From assembly GCF_902652985.1 (NCBI RefSeq), contig NC_047015.1:20522001-20586000 (forward strand): a stretch of DNA of 64,000 nucleotides, given 5' to 3'. The notes beneath the pieces were generated by a model that saw only the letters and a program-made list of their open reading frames with translations, was not told where the DNA came from and made no database searches. Shown in pieces: positions 24,301-36,772 of this stretch. The DNA is from Pecten maximus (lineage: Eukaryota). The position numbers and the translations under genes are program-made. Position 1 is the first letter of the stretch; every line of letters begins with the position of its first letter.

Positions 24301-27300
24301 CCACACTCTGACAACAGGGATGTTCTGTATACAACACTCTGACAACAGGGATGTTCTGTATACAACACTCTGACAACAGGATGTTCTGTATACCACACTC
24401 TGACAACAGGGATGTTCTGTATACAACACTCTGACAACAGGGATGTTCTGTATACCACACTCTGACAACAGGGATGTTCTGTATACCACACTCTGACAAC
24501 AGGGATGTTCTGTATACCACACTCTGACAACAGGGATGTTCTGTATACCACACTCTGACAACAGGGATGTTCTGTATACTACACTCTGACAACAGGGATG
24601 TTCTGTATACAACACTCTGACAACAGGGATGTTCTGTATACCACACTTTGACAACAGGGATGTTCTGTATACTACACTCTGACAACAGGGATGTTCTGTA
24701 TACTACACCCTGACAACAGGGATGTTCTGTATACCACACTCTGACAACAGGGATGTTCTGTATACCACACACTGACAACAGGGATGTTCTGTATACAACA
24801 CTCTGACAACAGGGATGTTCTGTATACCACACTCTGACAACAGGAATGTTCTGTATACCACACTCTGACAACAGGGATGTTCTGTATTTCACACTCTGAC
24901 AACAGGGATGTTCTGTATCCCACACTCTGACAACAGGGATGTTCTGTATACCACACTTTGACAACAGGGATGTTCTGTATACCACACCCTGACAACAGGG
25001 ATGTTCTGTATACCACACTCTGACAACAGGGATGTTCTGTATACCACACTCTGACAACAGGGATGTTCTGTATACAACACTCTGACAACAGGGATGTTCT
25101 GTATACAACACTCTGACAACAGGGATGTTCTGTATACCACACTCTGACAACAGGGATGTTCTGTATACCACACTCTGACAACAGGGATGTTCTGTATACA
25201 ACACTCTGACAACAGGGATGTTCTGTATTCCACACTCTGACAACAGGGATGTTCTGTATACCACACTCTGACAACAGGGATGTTCTGTATACACTCTGAC
25301 AACAGGGATGTTCTGTATTTCACACTCTGACAACAGAGATGTTCTGTATACCACACTCTGACAACAGGGATGTTCTGTATACACTCTGACAACAGGGATG
25401 TTCTGTATTTCACACTCTGACAACAGGGATGTTCTGTATACAACACTCTGACAACAGGGATGTTCTGTATACAACACTCTGACAACAGGGATGTTCTGTA
25501 TTCCATACTCTGACAACAGGGATGTTCTGTATACCACACTCTGACAACAGGGATGTTCCGTATACCAAACTCTGACAACAGGGATGTTCTGTATACCACA
25601 CTCTGACAACAGGGATGTTCTGTATACCACACTCTGACAACAGGGATGTTCTGTATACCACACTCTGACAACAGGAATGTTCTGTATACCACACTCTGAC
25701 AACAGGGATGTTCTATATACCACACTCTGACAACAGGGATGTTCTGTATACAACACTCTGACAACAGGGATGTTCTGTATACCACACTCTGACAACAGGG
25801 ATGTTCTGTATACACTCTGACAACAGGGATGTTCTATATACCACTATCTGAAAACAGGGATGTTCTGTATACCACACCCTGACAACAAGGATTTTCTCTG
25901 TACCAAACTCTGACAACAGGGATGATCTCTATACCACATTCTGACAACATGGATGTTCTTTACTCTGACAAATAGTGAATTTTAATGTCACTACTTCCCC
26001 TATCTGTTTACAGAGTCTGAACTGTTGTTACAGCCTGACAAACGGCACAGTAACGTGATATATTCACTTATTACACACTAATGAAGTAAGATATAGTAAG
26101 TATAATGGAATTGTTGTCTCGTTATATAACGGTAACAAACAATGTGAACGTGACGTCAGATAAGCGTTGCCACACACAGTGGACCTCTGATATTAGTTAT
26201 ATGTACTTACTTTTATGGGGATAGCAAACAACACCAACATCTTCATTATGCTGGCAATCATTGACAGCAAAACTGAAAAAGATGGACATTTTATATTAGC
26301 CAAATAAAACGCAATCTAACGCCAAAAGGAATTTTTAAGTGAATGTGTTTGGAAACTAGATTAAGATGAGACAGCAAAGTCTTTAGAATACTCACTTGTT
26401 CCTCCGGCACTTCGTCAGTGAGGTTTCGTTCCCGATACAATTGACCTCGTCCAGCCAGATTTGCCCACGGCCAGCTCCAAAGTTTTGTACAGAACGGGCG
26501 CCCCTGTTAACGTTGAGTAGAAAAGACGTCACCAAAACAGACAACGAAGGTTAATACAGTAGAAATTAATACCGTGAGAGTTGTATATCAAAACAACGGA
26601 TTCGTGTACTTAGCAGGAATGTTTATATTAAAGCATGTTTCAATCATTATAGTCTTTGAATTATTGATAAAAATGCGAATGTCATCTCCATTGTAGAGAA
26701 ACCAGCAATCATTTCTAACGTTCTTATCTTTGAACAAGGTATCGTAACCACATACAAAAAGCACACCAAAATATGGGTATATCACAGGACTGCCCCAGTT
26801 TGTTTGTTTTCTTTTTTTATATTTTTGTTTTATTTTCAAAGACATGTTTAATGCATAAATACATAAAAATTACACACACAAACACACAACAATTCCAATA
26901 GATATGGCTTACAATTATCATCATAATCATAATATCATTTTCGCCATCATCATCATGACCTAGATCTTTCATCACCATAATATCATCATCATGCCCCAGT
27001 TTTTACACTTTTTAGTTATTCAATTCACATTCAATTTCTGTTAATTATGTTCTGATTGATAGAAATATACAAAAATGATATAAATTTATCCATTACTCCG
27101 TAATCCTATGCATATGAAAATATATATGGAAAAAAAATAGTTACTCACTCATATCCGAGATCCCGACAAACAATGTCGGCAGCCAGAATATCAAATCCGT
27201 CATCACAAACTGTGCCCCAAATGTTGGCGTACTTGACTTCCAGTCGACCCTCCCACGGACCATGGCCATCCACCAGGCGAAACGGATCTGTAACCAGCGG

Positions 27301-30300
27301 TATTCTGGTCGTCGCTAAAGTGACAAATGAGTAAATGTTCAGTTAACAATGACACCCCCTACAATCGCATTGTTATTTACTTGTAGGTAAGTAAAGTGGT
27401 TGTGTTTTGTATTCCATGTTGTTGATTTTGTACCTTTGTCATAGTCACAATAGACTTTTTGTTGATTGAAGAAAAAGGTCTTGTACTGATTTTTTAAATT
27501 ATTATTTCAAAACAATGCACTAAATGCCGAAATAGCCTTTGAACAGTTTGATATCGATTTGTCGTGATTGCAGAGCAGTTAAACCTCTCACGTTCACAGT
27601 GCTCCTCGTCTGAGCCATCCCCACAGTCGTCCATGTAGTTACACCTCCAGCGAGCCGGGATACACATGTTTGACGCCACACAAAGGTACTGTGAGGGGTC
27701 GCAGTGGACAGACACTGTCACAATGTAAGAAACACAAGCTCGATATCTTATAAGGAATGTATCTACAAATATTACAAATATACGGGTAGTTCTCAATGTT
27801 CCAGTTTAGCTTCTACAATTCTTCTTTTATTTGAACCGAATGGATACTCCAGGTAATAGTCAAATATTTATTAGCTGTCTTATTTTGTTTGCTAGGTATT
27901 CAAAACATAAATATTTTCTAGAAAATACATCACTTACTTGATCGACTGGTAGGCTGGGGAGCCTGGCACGCGACGGCCACGGCATCGGTATTGGAACAGT
28001 TCTTATCTGTAACAATCAGTTTACAATATAACACCCTATTCGTTGGTATATGTTTTGATAACGTCATACACAAACCACTACATTTTCACAGAAATACACA
28101 TTTAATGCAATTTGTCAACTGGTCGTCTACTATTATCATATAGAAAAATACAGTGTATATATGAACAACACACACTTGAACATTTACAACCTGCAATTGG
28201 TATTCAGACAAATAAAATGGACTTGTTCGCAATGATGCATGCGCGGAAATTTTGAATTATTACATTTGAGTATTAGAAATATAGTTATTGCGCTATAGAT
28301 AAGAACATGTTTATAATATTCAGTTAAAGTACAGGGTTGGCGTGACAGCAAACTTCTAGTTTCCCAAAACAAGGAAATAGGCATACTCGAGGGAATGTAA
28401 ACTTTCTATCTATCCTCTTTCAACCCAATACTTCAACAGTTTAATTATACTGACTCACACCGGAGAGATGTTTGTGATTCGAAAATATGTTAGAACAAGT
28501 TGTATTGCTGTGTCATTTTGCTTGCAATGAGACCAAATACAACAAATGTTTAGAAATATACAGGCTATGGTGCCTATTCCAAACCCGGTAGCTGTAGATC
28601 ACGTCTATATTCTTCCCCTCCGCGTCGAAATAAGGTAAAATAATTTCTACGAATGCCTTCATCGTGTTTATGTACTAATCCGCAATAGTGCCAACATGAA
28701 AAGGAGAAACTGTCTGATTGGCACGGCGGAAACAAAAGTGCAGGTGTGTTTTGTTCTGCAAGGGTAGTTTAGTTCCCAGACTAACACAGGGGGACTAAGA
28801 CACAGTTAAGCGAAGTCGAAGAAGATGTGGAGATATGGTAGGTTTACCAGTTACTTATGTATAGAGTAGACAAGGTAGACGTTTGTCGATAGGAAATAAA
28901 GCAATGAAATATCTTCGCGATAGTTTCATTTTTTTAAACATTCATTATGAAAAACCAAAAATATTAATTAGAGGCAATTTATTATCTTATTCTCAAACTA
29001 TATGATATGACGTCATACGAGAATAAACAAACACTGTACTCTTTGTTACGTTATTTTCCTGTTGAGACAATGGTTTAAGAAACAAACACTTAATCTGTGG
29101 AGACACTGTATCATGACTTACCTGTGATTCTGGCACAGCGGGTAATGCCCGCCTCTGTTCCATTACACACTATCCGCGCGTAAGCGATATGGCCAGGATC
29201 CAGAGTCATACTGGTTATGCTGAAAGACGTACAAAATGTGATGTTTACATTATCTTGAAATTTAGTTCTCCAGATCTCAAAGGTTTAACACAATTGGTGA
29301 TTTCAAAGCTTACTACAAGCCTCAGCTTGTATTACAAACAGGTTTTAAAAGATTCTAACACAGTCATATCTGATGAGCAAATAGGATTTCTAAGTGGTAG
29401 ATATATAGGAGAGAATATCAGGCCCATATATAATGTAAAGAAATTTACAGAAGAAAATAACATCCCGTGTTTAATTCTTTTGGTTTATGTCGAAAAAGCA
29501 TTCGACTCAGTGTCATGGTAATTCATAGAAACAGCAATTTATTATTTTTTAAGTATAAAGCATTGGATTAAAACTCTTACAAATAATACATCTTCAGCTT
29601 TATTTCAAAATGACTTAATTTCAAACCTTTTTTTTACATTTAATAGAGGCTTCAGGTAATTATCTCCATATATCTTCCTCATTGTTGCAGAAATTTTAGC
29701 AATTCTAGTAAATAGTAATATTAAAGGGCACTGAAAAATCTTTTAAAGAAACATTAGATACACTAGAACGATATGTTCAGATTTCAGCACTTAAAAATAA
29801 TAGGAATTTGGATTGGGTCTACAAAGTTTAGTGCAGAAGAGTACCACCATAGATGGAAAAACATATTTTACTTTACTAGGATTATATTTTCTGTAAATTT
29901 AGATAACGCCCCAACTATAAACTATAGAAAGACATTGAAACGTTTGGATAACATTCTTAATCAATGGTCAAGAAGAGCATTAATAGTAAATACCAAAATT
30001 ATATCATTATTTATTAATCTACCGGATCCTGACATATTTTATAAAAAATATAAATACCAAGATTTTTTTATATATTTCATATGGCAATCAAATGTTGACA
30101 AAGTAATAAGGAAACACTCTATAAGGATTATGATATATGATTTGGGCCCTGATTATTTGAAAAAGATTAGAACAAGAAATCTATTTTGGAAAGATGTTTC
30201 TATAGCTTGGAATAAGGTAACAAACAAAAATGAACCAAAATTTTTTAATGGTATAATGGAATCTCCTTTATGGCACAAGTATTTATTTCAAATATATCAG

Positions 30301-33300
30301 ATTTTGGAAGGAATGGTATGAGAAAGTTGTTAAAAATGTATGTAATGTTATGTCTGAAGAGGGTACTTTTTTATTTTTGAAGAATTTAAGAGCATATTCA
30401 GAATACAGTAAAATAATTTCTTATTGTTTAGGGACTTTGTCAGGCATTACAACAACAATGTAGAATGAAGACATAATAATGCAATCAACAGAACCATGTA
30501 TACCTAACCACATACAGATACTGCTTAGAAATAAAAAGGGGAGTCCAGATATGTATAAAACATTAAATAAAACAAATATCTCAAGAACCACAGCAGAGAT
30601 CAAATGGGAAAAAACAACACAATACACACCAGAAGTGTGGAAACAGCATTATATAATACCATTAACCACAACAAAAGATACAAATTTACATTGGTGTCAG
30701 TTCAGGCTACAGAATGGAATACTCCCAACAAAATTCTATTTAAAATTAATAAACAAGACTCCAAATGACACTTGCAATCTTTGTAACTATCAGAAAGAAA
30801 CTATTGAACACATATAATGCGAGAAAGTTAGAACAATCTGGAAGAACAATTCGGTATTTCAATAACTGATAAAAAAAAATTAATAATATACTCAAAACAC
30901 TAATAATTTCTATTCAAACATAAGAAGACTTCCAGCAATTATTTTCTCAAAAACTTAAGTTAACATTAAAATGAAATATTACATACATGTACATGTATAT
31001 AAAATAAGACAATTTTTAGCATTTCAAAATGTTTTTGTAAAAACAAAAGAAAAATTCTGAAAGATGAAACTGACTAGAGTTGGCAATCCTAAACATTTAC
31101 CTGTAAAAGTGAGCTGGCCACACCTGGAAATCCCAGTTGTCGACATACCACTTGCGCATCAGCATCACTCCACCCTTTATTACAGATAGTGCGCCACACA
31201 CCTCTGATCTTGACCTCTAGTCGCCCACTGTGTCTATCCCCGCCCACTAACCGTACCCGGTTCCACGCTGAGAGAAGAAAAAAACAATTGAATCGGATAT
31301 TAACATTCTAGGTTTAAACAACAATGAAAAAAAAAGTTAACAAAATCATAACCCTATCTCAAAATAAACCAGAACTAGAAAAACAAAGCAAACAAACAAA
31401 CTTACTAAAAAAACAAAAAACGAAAAGAGACTTTGTTAAAGTACAATGAGAATAAGACCAGGAGCCCTGAAGGATAAGCGTCTTCATCAGCTATAACACT
31501 GACTTGAGGGGAGGGGGGTGCGACTATAACACTGACTTAAGAACGGGGAAAACCCCGGCAATAACACTGACTTAAGGGGGAGGGAAATACCCAGCTATAA
31601 CACTGACTTAAGGAGGGGGGAGGGGAAACCCAAGCTATAACACTGACTTAAGGAGGGTACACCCTAGCTATAACACTGACTTAAGGAGGGGGTGGGGTGG
31701 GTGGGGGTGACAGGGGGTACAACTCTCTGAGCCAAACCCAAGTAACTAACGGTATGACGGGAGAGAATGGCGTGTGTGTGACATATCTGATGACAACATG
31801 GCTGGTATACTGTGTCTGCATGGTCTACCTGATTACTCACAAAATTCCATCGTTTTTCATATACATGTGTGTCACCCAGCTTTATATACACGTGTGTCAC
31901 CAGCTATTCATACACGTGTGTCATCAAGCTTTTTATACACGTGTGTCATCAAGCTCTATATGCACTTGTGTCATCAAGCTTTTTATACATGTGTGTCAAC
32001 CAGCTTTATACACACGTGTGTCATCAAACTTTATATTCACGTGTGTCACTCAGCTTTAATACACGTAGTTCACCAAGCTTTATATAAACGTGTGTCAACC
32101 AGCTTTATATACACGTGTGTCACCCAGCTTTATATACAAGTGTGTCATAAAGCTTTTTATACACGTGTGTCAGCCAGCTTTATACCGCTTCACTTTGTCC
32201 TCACTCAGAAGTTTGTTGTTTTGTGTGTATACTGTTGTTTGTTTAAGTTTGCTGCCAGTAACATATAATAAGAACATGCCTGAATGTATATCTGTAATAC
32301 CCCAGATGTTTTTTCCAGTAACTGTACGCTCTTGAACTTGAACTTGAACGTTAGTGTCTTATCAGGCATCGACTGTTGGTCAGTGTCCAATCTTTGACCG
32401 ACTGACAGAAATAACCTGTTAGATACTATATTTAGGAAGAACTTCCGGTACACTCGTTGTCTTGAGTATAACATACTGTCCAGATACACACACCGCTTAC
32501 ATGGACCGCAATACAGGACCAACTGTGGAGAATACCCCCCTCTGTTGTGCCAACTACTATTTGGTGACTATTTGGCTACCCTGATAAATTAAAACATGCA
32601 CTCGTGTACCGTAGATATGTTTTATTAAGGTTGCATAGACCTTTACTCTTTCGAATGTCCCATCAATGATTACTTATGGTCACGTTAACATCCATGTATT
32701 CACATGTTTCGTTCATTCAACACTGACATCCAGATGACTAAAAATAAATTGTTATGGCGACGTTCTACAAATGTACGTGACTGAAGACAATAAACAAGCT
32801 CGTTTTCGGAGATCGTCTTTGGTCTTAATACTTTATTTGGCAAAAACCGAGAATTCAACATGTGGTACAGATAGTTGTTTTAATAGGAGATTCCTGCTTC
32901 TGATGGCAGCAAGTTGTGTAGTATGTTCCTTTGGAAGAATCTGATTCCATAGTGAAGTTATCCGATTTATTTCAATTTTTTAAAATTAGATTCTAAAGAG
33001 AAATATCAATTAGGTTTTAAATTAGATTCTAAAGAGAAACATCAATTATCAAGATTCTAGAGAGAAATATCAATTATGTTTTTAATTAGATTCTGAAGAG
33101 ACATATCAATTAGGTCTTAAATTAGATTCTAAAGAGAAATATCAATAAGGTTTTAGATTACGCATTGAAAAATATAAATGTACGTTGGAAATTGAAAATA
33201 TACTTATTAGAAAAAAAAACATTGCTTCAAATTAATTTGGGACGAATGCACGCTCATCACATCACAAATATCGAGAAGGTATACAATAATTACTGTTCAT

Positions 33301-35350
33301 TCATAATGCGTAAATAACGCTGTGTTGTATAAATACCATAACACCACAGTAAATACAAGATAATCAAAATTGCCCACTTTTTTTTCTAAATACTCTTATT
33401 ACGCACTGTCGCCTTTGACAATGCTTACACATAACACATAAATAAATTTGTCGGTTAAGATTATGGGTTTCTCGACACTTTTATGTACTTCGTTTTTACC
33501 ATCACATATTCTTGGAATGTTAGACTCGATACAATCTCTTCCTTTCTCTTTTCAATCTGTAACATCACAAGTAGATAATCAACAGAGTCACATTCTTTCT
33601 ACAACTTTAGGAAAAAGGACAATAACTATGCTGTAGTTTAAACTGAGGTGTTCATAAAATCCTTTAAAAGATTACATTTTCAGAGGAAATCTGACTGAGT
33701 ATTCGATGTGTTGGTGGGGAAAAACTTGTTAGAGAATGCCTTTCTTTTTCATACGTCCTCGTTATCATATGCGAAAAAGTACTAACCTGGATGATGGGAA
33801 TGACAGATGTAATCTACATATATGTAATGCGTCTCGAAATACAAATCTAATAGCTAAAACACCAGAATTTTCATGTGCAAAATTAGATCTAACTTTGAGC
33901 AAAATATTTTATCAATGTTTACGCGTTTCATCATGTATCTTCCGTATTATCATACGTATATATAAAATGGTAATCATTGTTCTTATAGTTTGCTATTTCT
34001 ACACGTTTATGTACAGATACATATCCTCGATCCGTTCACTTCATTTATGCAATAGAATAATCAAATCAGAAGATACTACCATTTTGTAAACTTGTGACAG
34101 TATGTATGATCTTAGACCATGGCTAATTACGGGATCTTAACTCTCTAAGTTTATCCCCACTATATAATAAATCCCTGTGCTCTTCTTTAGTATATTAGTT
34201 TTGTTAATTTTATTCATTCTGACTTAGTTATTTATATTTTGTTGTCTGATATATGTTTGATTTATTTGTATAACACTTGTAAGTGGAGTCCCGGTCATTC
34301 CCTTCTTGTCATTTTGCCACACTGCCGGGCGCAGGTTTCACTATCGTAATTCTAAAGGCGTAGGCGTAGTTCTCGCTCACCTTTGCTAAAAATTATGTTT
34401 TAATTCTAAAATATATGAAATATTATTGTTAATAATAAACGCCTGCCCCTTTCATCAAGTGGTATGTCAAGATTTTACAGCCATTTATGTTGTTTGGTAT
34501 TTTATATTTTATCATTTTGGCGCAAACAGAGCTCGAGGTATGGACCAGATTGTGTAGCTGCAGATGTGATAGGTTGATATTGTTTTATAATCTTTAACTT
34601 TAGCAGGACAAAAAGTCTGTTGCTTCTTCGGGACCACCAAAATTAAAACTTAACTCTCTAAAATAACAATATAGTGTGTTGCTTTCCTCCGGAGCACCAA
34701 AATTAAAACACTTACTTAACTCTCTAAAATAACAATATAGTCTGTAACACAACATTATTTAAAACACCCGATGATCACAAGAAGAGAAGAAGCGAAATAT
34801 CTTAAACATTAACGAATGGAATGATTTCACCAGCCGAAGACAATGGTGGTTTTGGAAGTCAATTATAGGGAATAATGGTTGGTGGATATTTTTTCGTTAT
34901 AAAATGCAAGACAATTTAATAGTTATCGACAATTCATACATAAATAGTAAAAAAAAAGAAAAGTCACTAGATTTAATTATAATTATTTTATTAGGTTAGA
35001 GTTTTGATACGTGTCTTGTTCTTTCAATTAAATCATTTCAAAATATCAGATTATTATCAAATACATAAAAATGAATTTCTGTAAATCTATCGTGTCATTA
35101 TCCATACAATTTGTTTTTTTAATTTCAGATTTTTTGTGTTTATGTTCCGTCTTTGCATGCGGGATGGTCTCGGCATATTTCGGTACGGAATACAAACTGA
35201 ATGATGTCGTTTAATTTCATATCTATTAGTTATTTTGAAATATCATTTGTATTATTTTTAATTGCAATAAGTCGGCTTACCTTCCGCGCGTGGAGCAGGT
35301 ACACACCGTCCTATGAGAGCTAAAATCACAACTGATGTAAGAGGATGCAT
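18302..35350 (-). CDS. Secreted modular trypsin-like serine protease: signal peptide-SRCR-LDLa-SRCR-Tryp_SPc (neurotrypsin/Tequila-like architecture); one +1 frameshift at ~29196
   Basis: Exons 35281-35350 ([14 protein letters not shown], signal-peptide-like), 31751-31828, 31101-31267 (VRLVGG..SGRLEVK..WRTIC, SRCR1), 29122-29219, 27938-28006, 27592-27714 (LDLa, [16 protein letters not shown]), 27149-27314, 26396-26503, 26211-26272 (SRCR2: [24 protein letters not shown]), 21526-21712 (K-IVGG, LTAAHC), 20309-20580 (HDIAIVKL), 19140-19279 (GGKDSCR), 18302-18493 (GDSGGP, SWGEGCA). Catalytic triad intact; Asp at S1 implies trypsin specificity. Confidence 0.9.
18690..19178. repeat. 48-bp tandem array spanning the donor of protease exon 19140-19279
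   Basis: 10 copies of acttaccctacaactgtccttgccgccgaagtcgtacccagtacac, i.e. [10 protein letters not shown]|GTAAGT on the minus strand. Confidence 0.95.
19495..20330. repeat. 52-bp array spanning the donor of protease exon 20309-20580, grading into a related 35-bp array (19495-19700)
   Basis: About 10 copies of caccttctgtatcgccccaccc, i.e. GWGDTE G|GT on the minus strand. Confidence 0.9.
21697..25960. repeat. 31-bp satellite (~137 copies) spanning the acceptor of protease exon 21526-21712
   Basis: Unit ctctgacaacagggatgttctgtataccaca reads CCCTGTTGTCAG|AGTGTGGTATACAG on the minus strand; the last copy is the real acceptor plus codons for CGIQ. Confidence 0.95.
29240..31060 (+). mobile_element. 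Degraded L1/Tx1-type LINE ORF2 fragment (RT plus zf-RVT), antisense in a protease intron
   Basis: [16 protein letters not shown]...EKAFDSVSW (RT) and [11 protein letters not shown]...[14 protein letters not shown] (C-terminal zinc region); many stops and frameshifts. Confidence 0.85.
31490..31690. repeat. G-rich minisatellite (ctataacactgacttaagg + G-run)
   Basis: About 6 variable copies. Confidence 0.8.
31860..32185. repeat. ~25-29-bp minisatellite (tacacgtgtgtca(t/c)caagctttat)
   Basis: Tandem degenerate copies; explains ORFs 31697-32335. Confidence 0.85.
32985..33160. repeat. ~36-bp minisatellite (aattagattctaaagagaaatatcaattaggtttta)
   Basis: About 5 copies. Confidence 0.8.
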
Positions 35351-36696
35351 CACCTATACTGTGGAAAGAGTCTAGTAATAAATACGTAGAAAATCCCTGA
35401 AAAGTCCTACAGAAACCTATATCACCATGTCCAGCGTAGATAAAGGTGAACTTGGTGACTCCGACCGTGTATGGGATTGTTTGGACGGGCTGCACGTCTG
35501 TCAGTTATATGTGGACACGAAGACGTCACTGTGTTAGGGCCTTATTACCAACACCAAACCTAGGCCCATTACTTCGCCTTATTATCGGCCAATTGTATCA
35601 CAAACTTGTCGCCTACCTGGGAATTTGAGGGTGGGCAGGAGAGATGTGACGTCATTATCCGGACGAGTGTTGTTCCTATTTTCTTCAATTACGAGAGGTT
35701 TCTTAGGTATACATGTACGCCTAGATTAAGATTAAGTAACATGCTTAGTGGTGTGTACTGAAATAACTGATGCCTGTTTCTTTTTATTTTTTAATTATAG
35801 GGTTAAAATCCTATCCACATGTTGTAGGCTACTGTCAGAGGGGTAATCTTTGAGGACGAAGACGAGGACAGTATTAATGGACTACATATTATAACCAAAA
35901 GGATTCCCTTACGGTTGATGTTAGAACGTTAAGTTTAATCATTTTGGTCAGTGCAAGAAAATACGGTGTTATTGTTAATTTCATTGTCACTAGGCCTGGT
36001 CTGTCGCGAGGAACGTCGGACAGAGTTTTAAACTGTATACAGTAGCCCTGATGGCATCGCAGATATGTTGTGCTAGACGTCTGAACTTTGGTCCGGTGCC
36101 ACTACATCAGTCGATTATAATGCCTTTAACTTTAATTCATTATATCCTCATACATTCTACATTTCCATTGACTAACATTCTTGGCTCCTCATGATCATTT
36201 CATTGATTAGTCCATAGCGGCTCTTCTTCCTCCACCGATCTACATACAGGTTAATGATGTTCCTCCCGGTCACTGTTACTAGGTATACAATGTGTATCAG
36301 TTTGGAACACTTTCCTAAGCTTCACTACTATAACTAGATCTTATGTATACCAGTCTTCACGAATAGACGGATTGCCTCAACAATTTGATCAATGTCTTTC
36401 CCTGCACTATGTTTATTTCTTCATATACACTAGATAATTGGTAATTATAGCGCGGGGTATTGTGATCTGTATAGGTGTGTGCATGTGAGGTTAATGTATA
36501 CACATATTGCACACTGCAACAATTATTACAACTTAACAGATACACGAGAGTAAATGGCGATATCATTTCTTACATCCGCGCTATAAACGTACATTTCATT
36601 CCATATTAATTTTCATCTCGATTTTACCGGTTTGAAGCAGATTTTGTTCAATGTTATAATGACATGCTAAACTACAATGTATAAAAAATCTTGATC

Positions 36697-36703
36697 TATA
36701 TAA
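36697..36703 (+). promoter_or_regulatory. Candidate TATA box of the opsin gene
   Basis: TATATAA about 75 nt upstream of ATG 36773, followed by TAATTAG/CTAATG homeodomain-type cores. Confidence 0.35.
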
Positions 36704-36772
36704 GGTAATTAGCTAATGAAATCGTGTTTGTGGGATCAATCTCCTGGCTGATACTGATGGAGTAGGACGTCC

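Noticed and set aside
21688-25916. Long Cys-rich ORFs up to 664 aa as an independent gene
   Set aside because: Translations of a 31-bp satellite, open in all three frames, within an intron.
28440-28790. Academ-like transposon end (tagtctgggaacta on the minus strand)
   Set aside because: Only one putative terminus; no partner TIR or TSD found.
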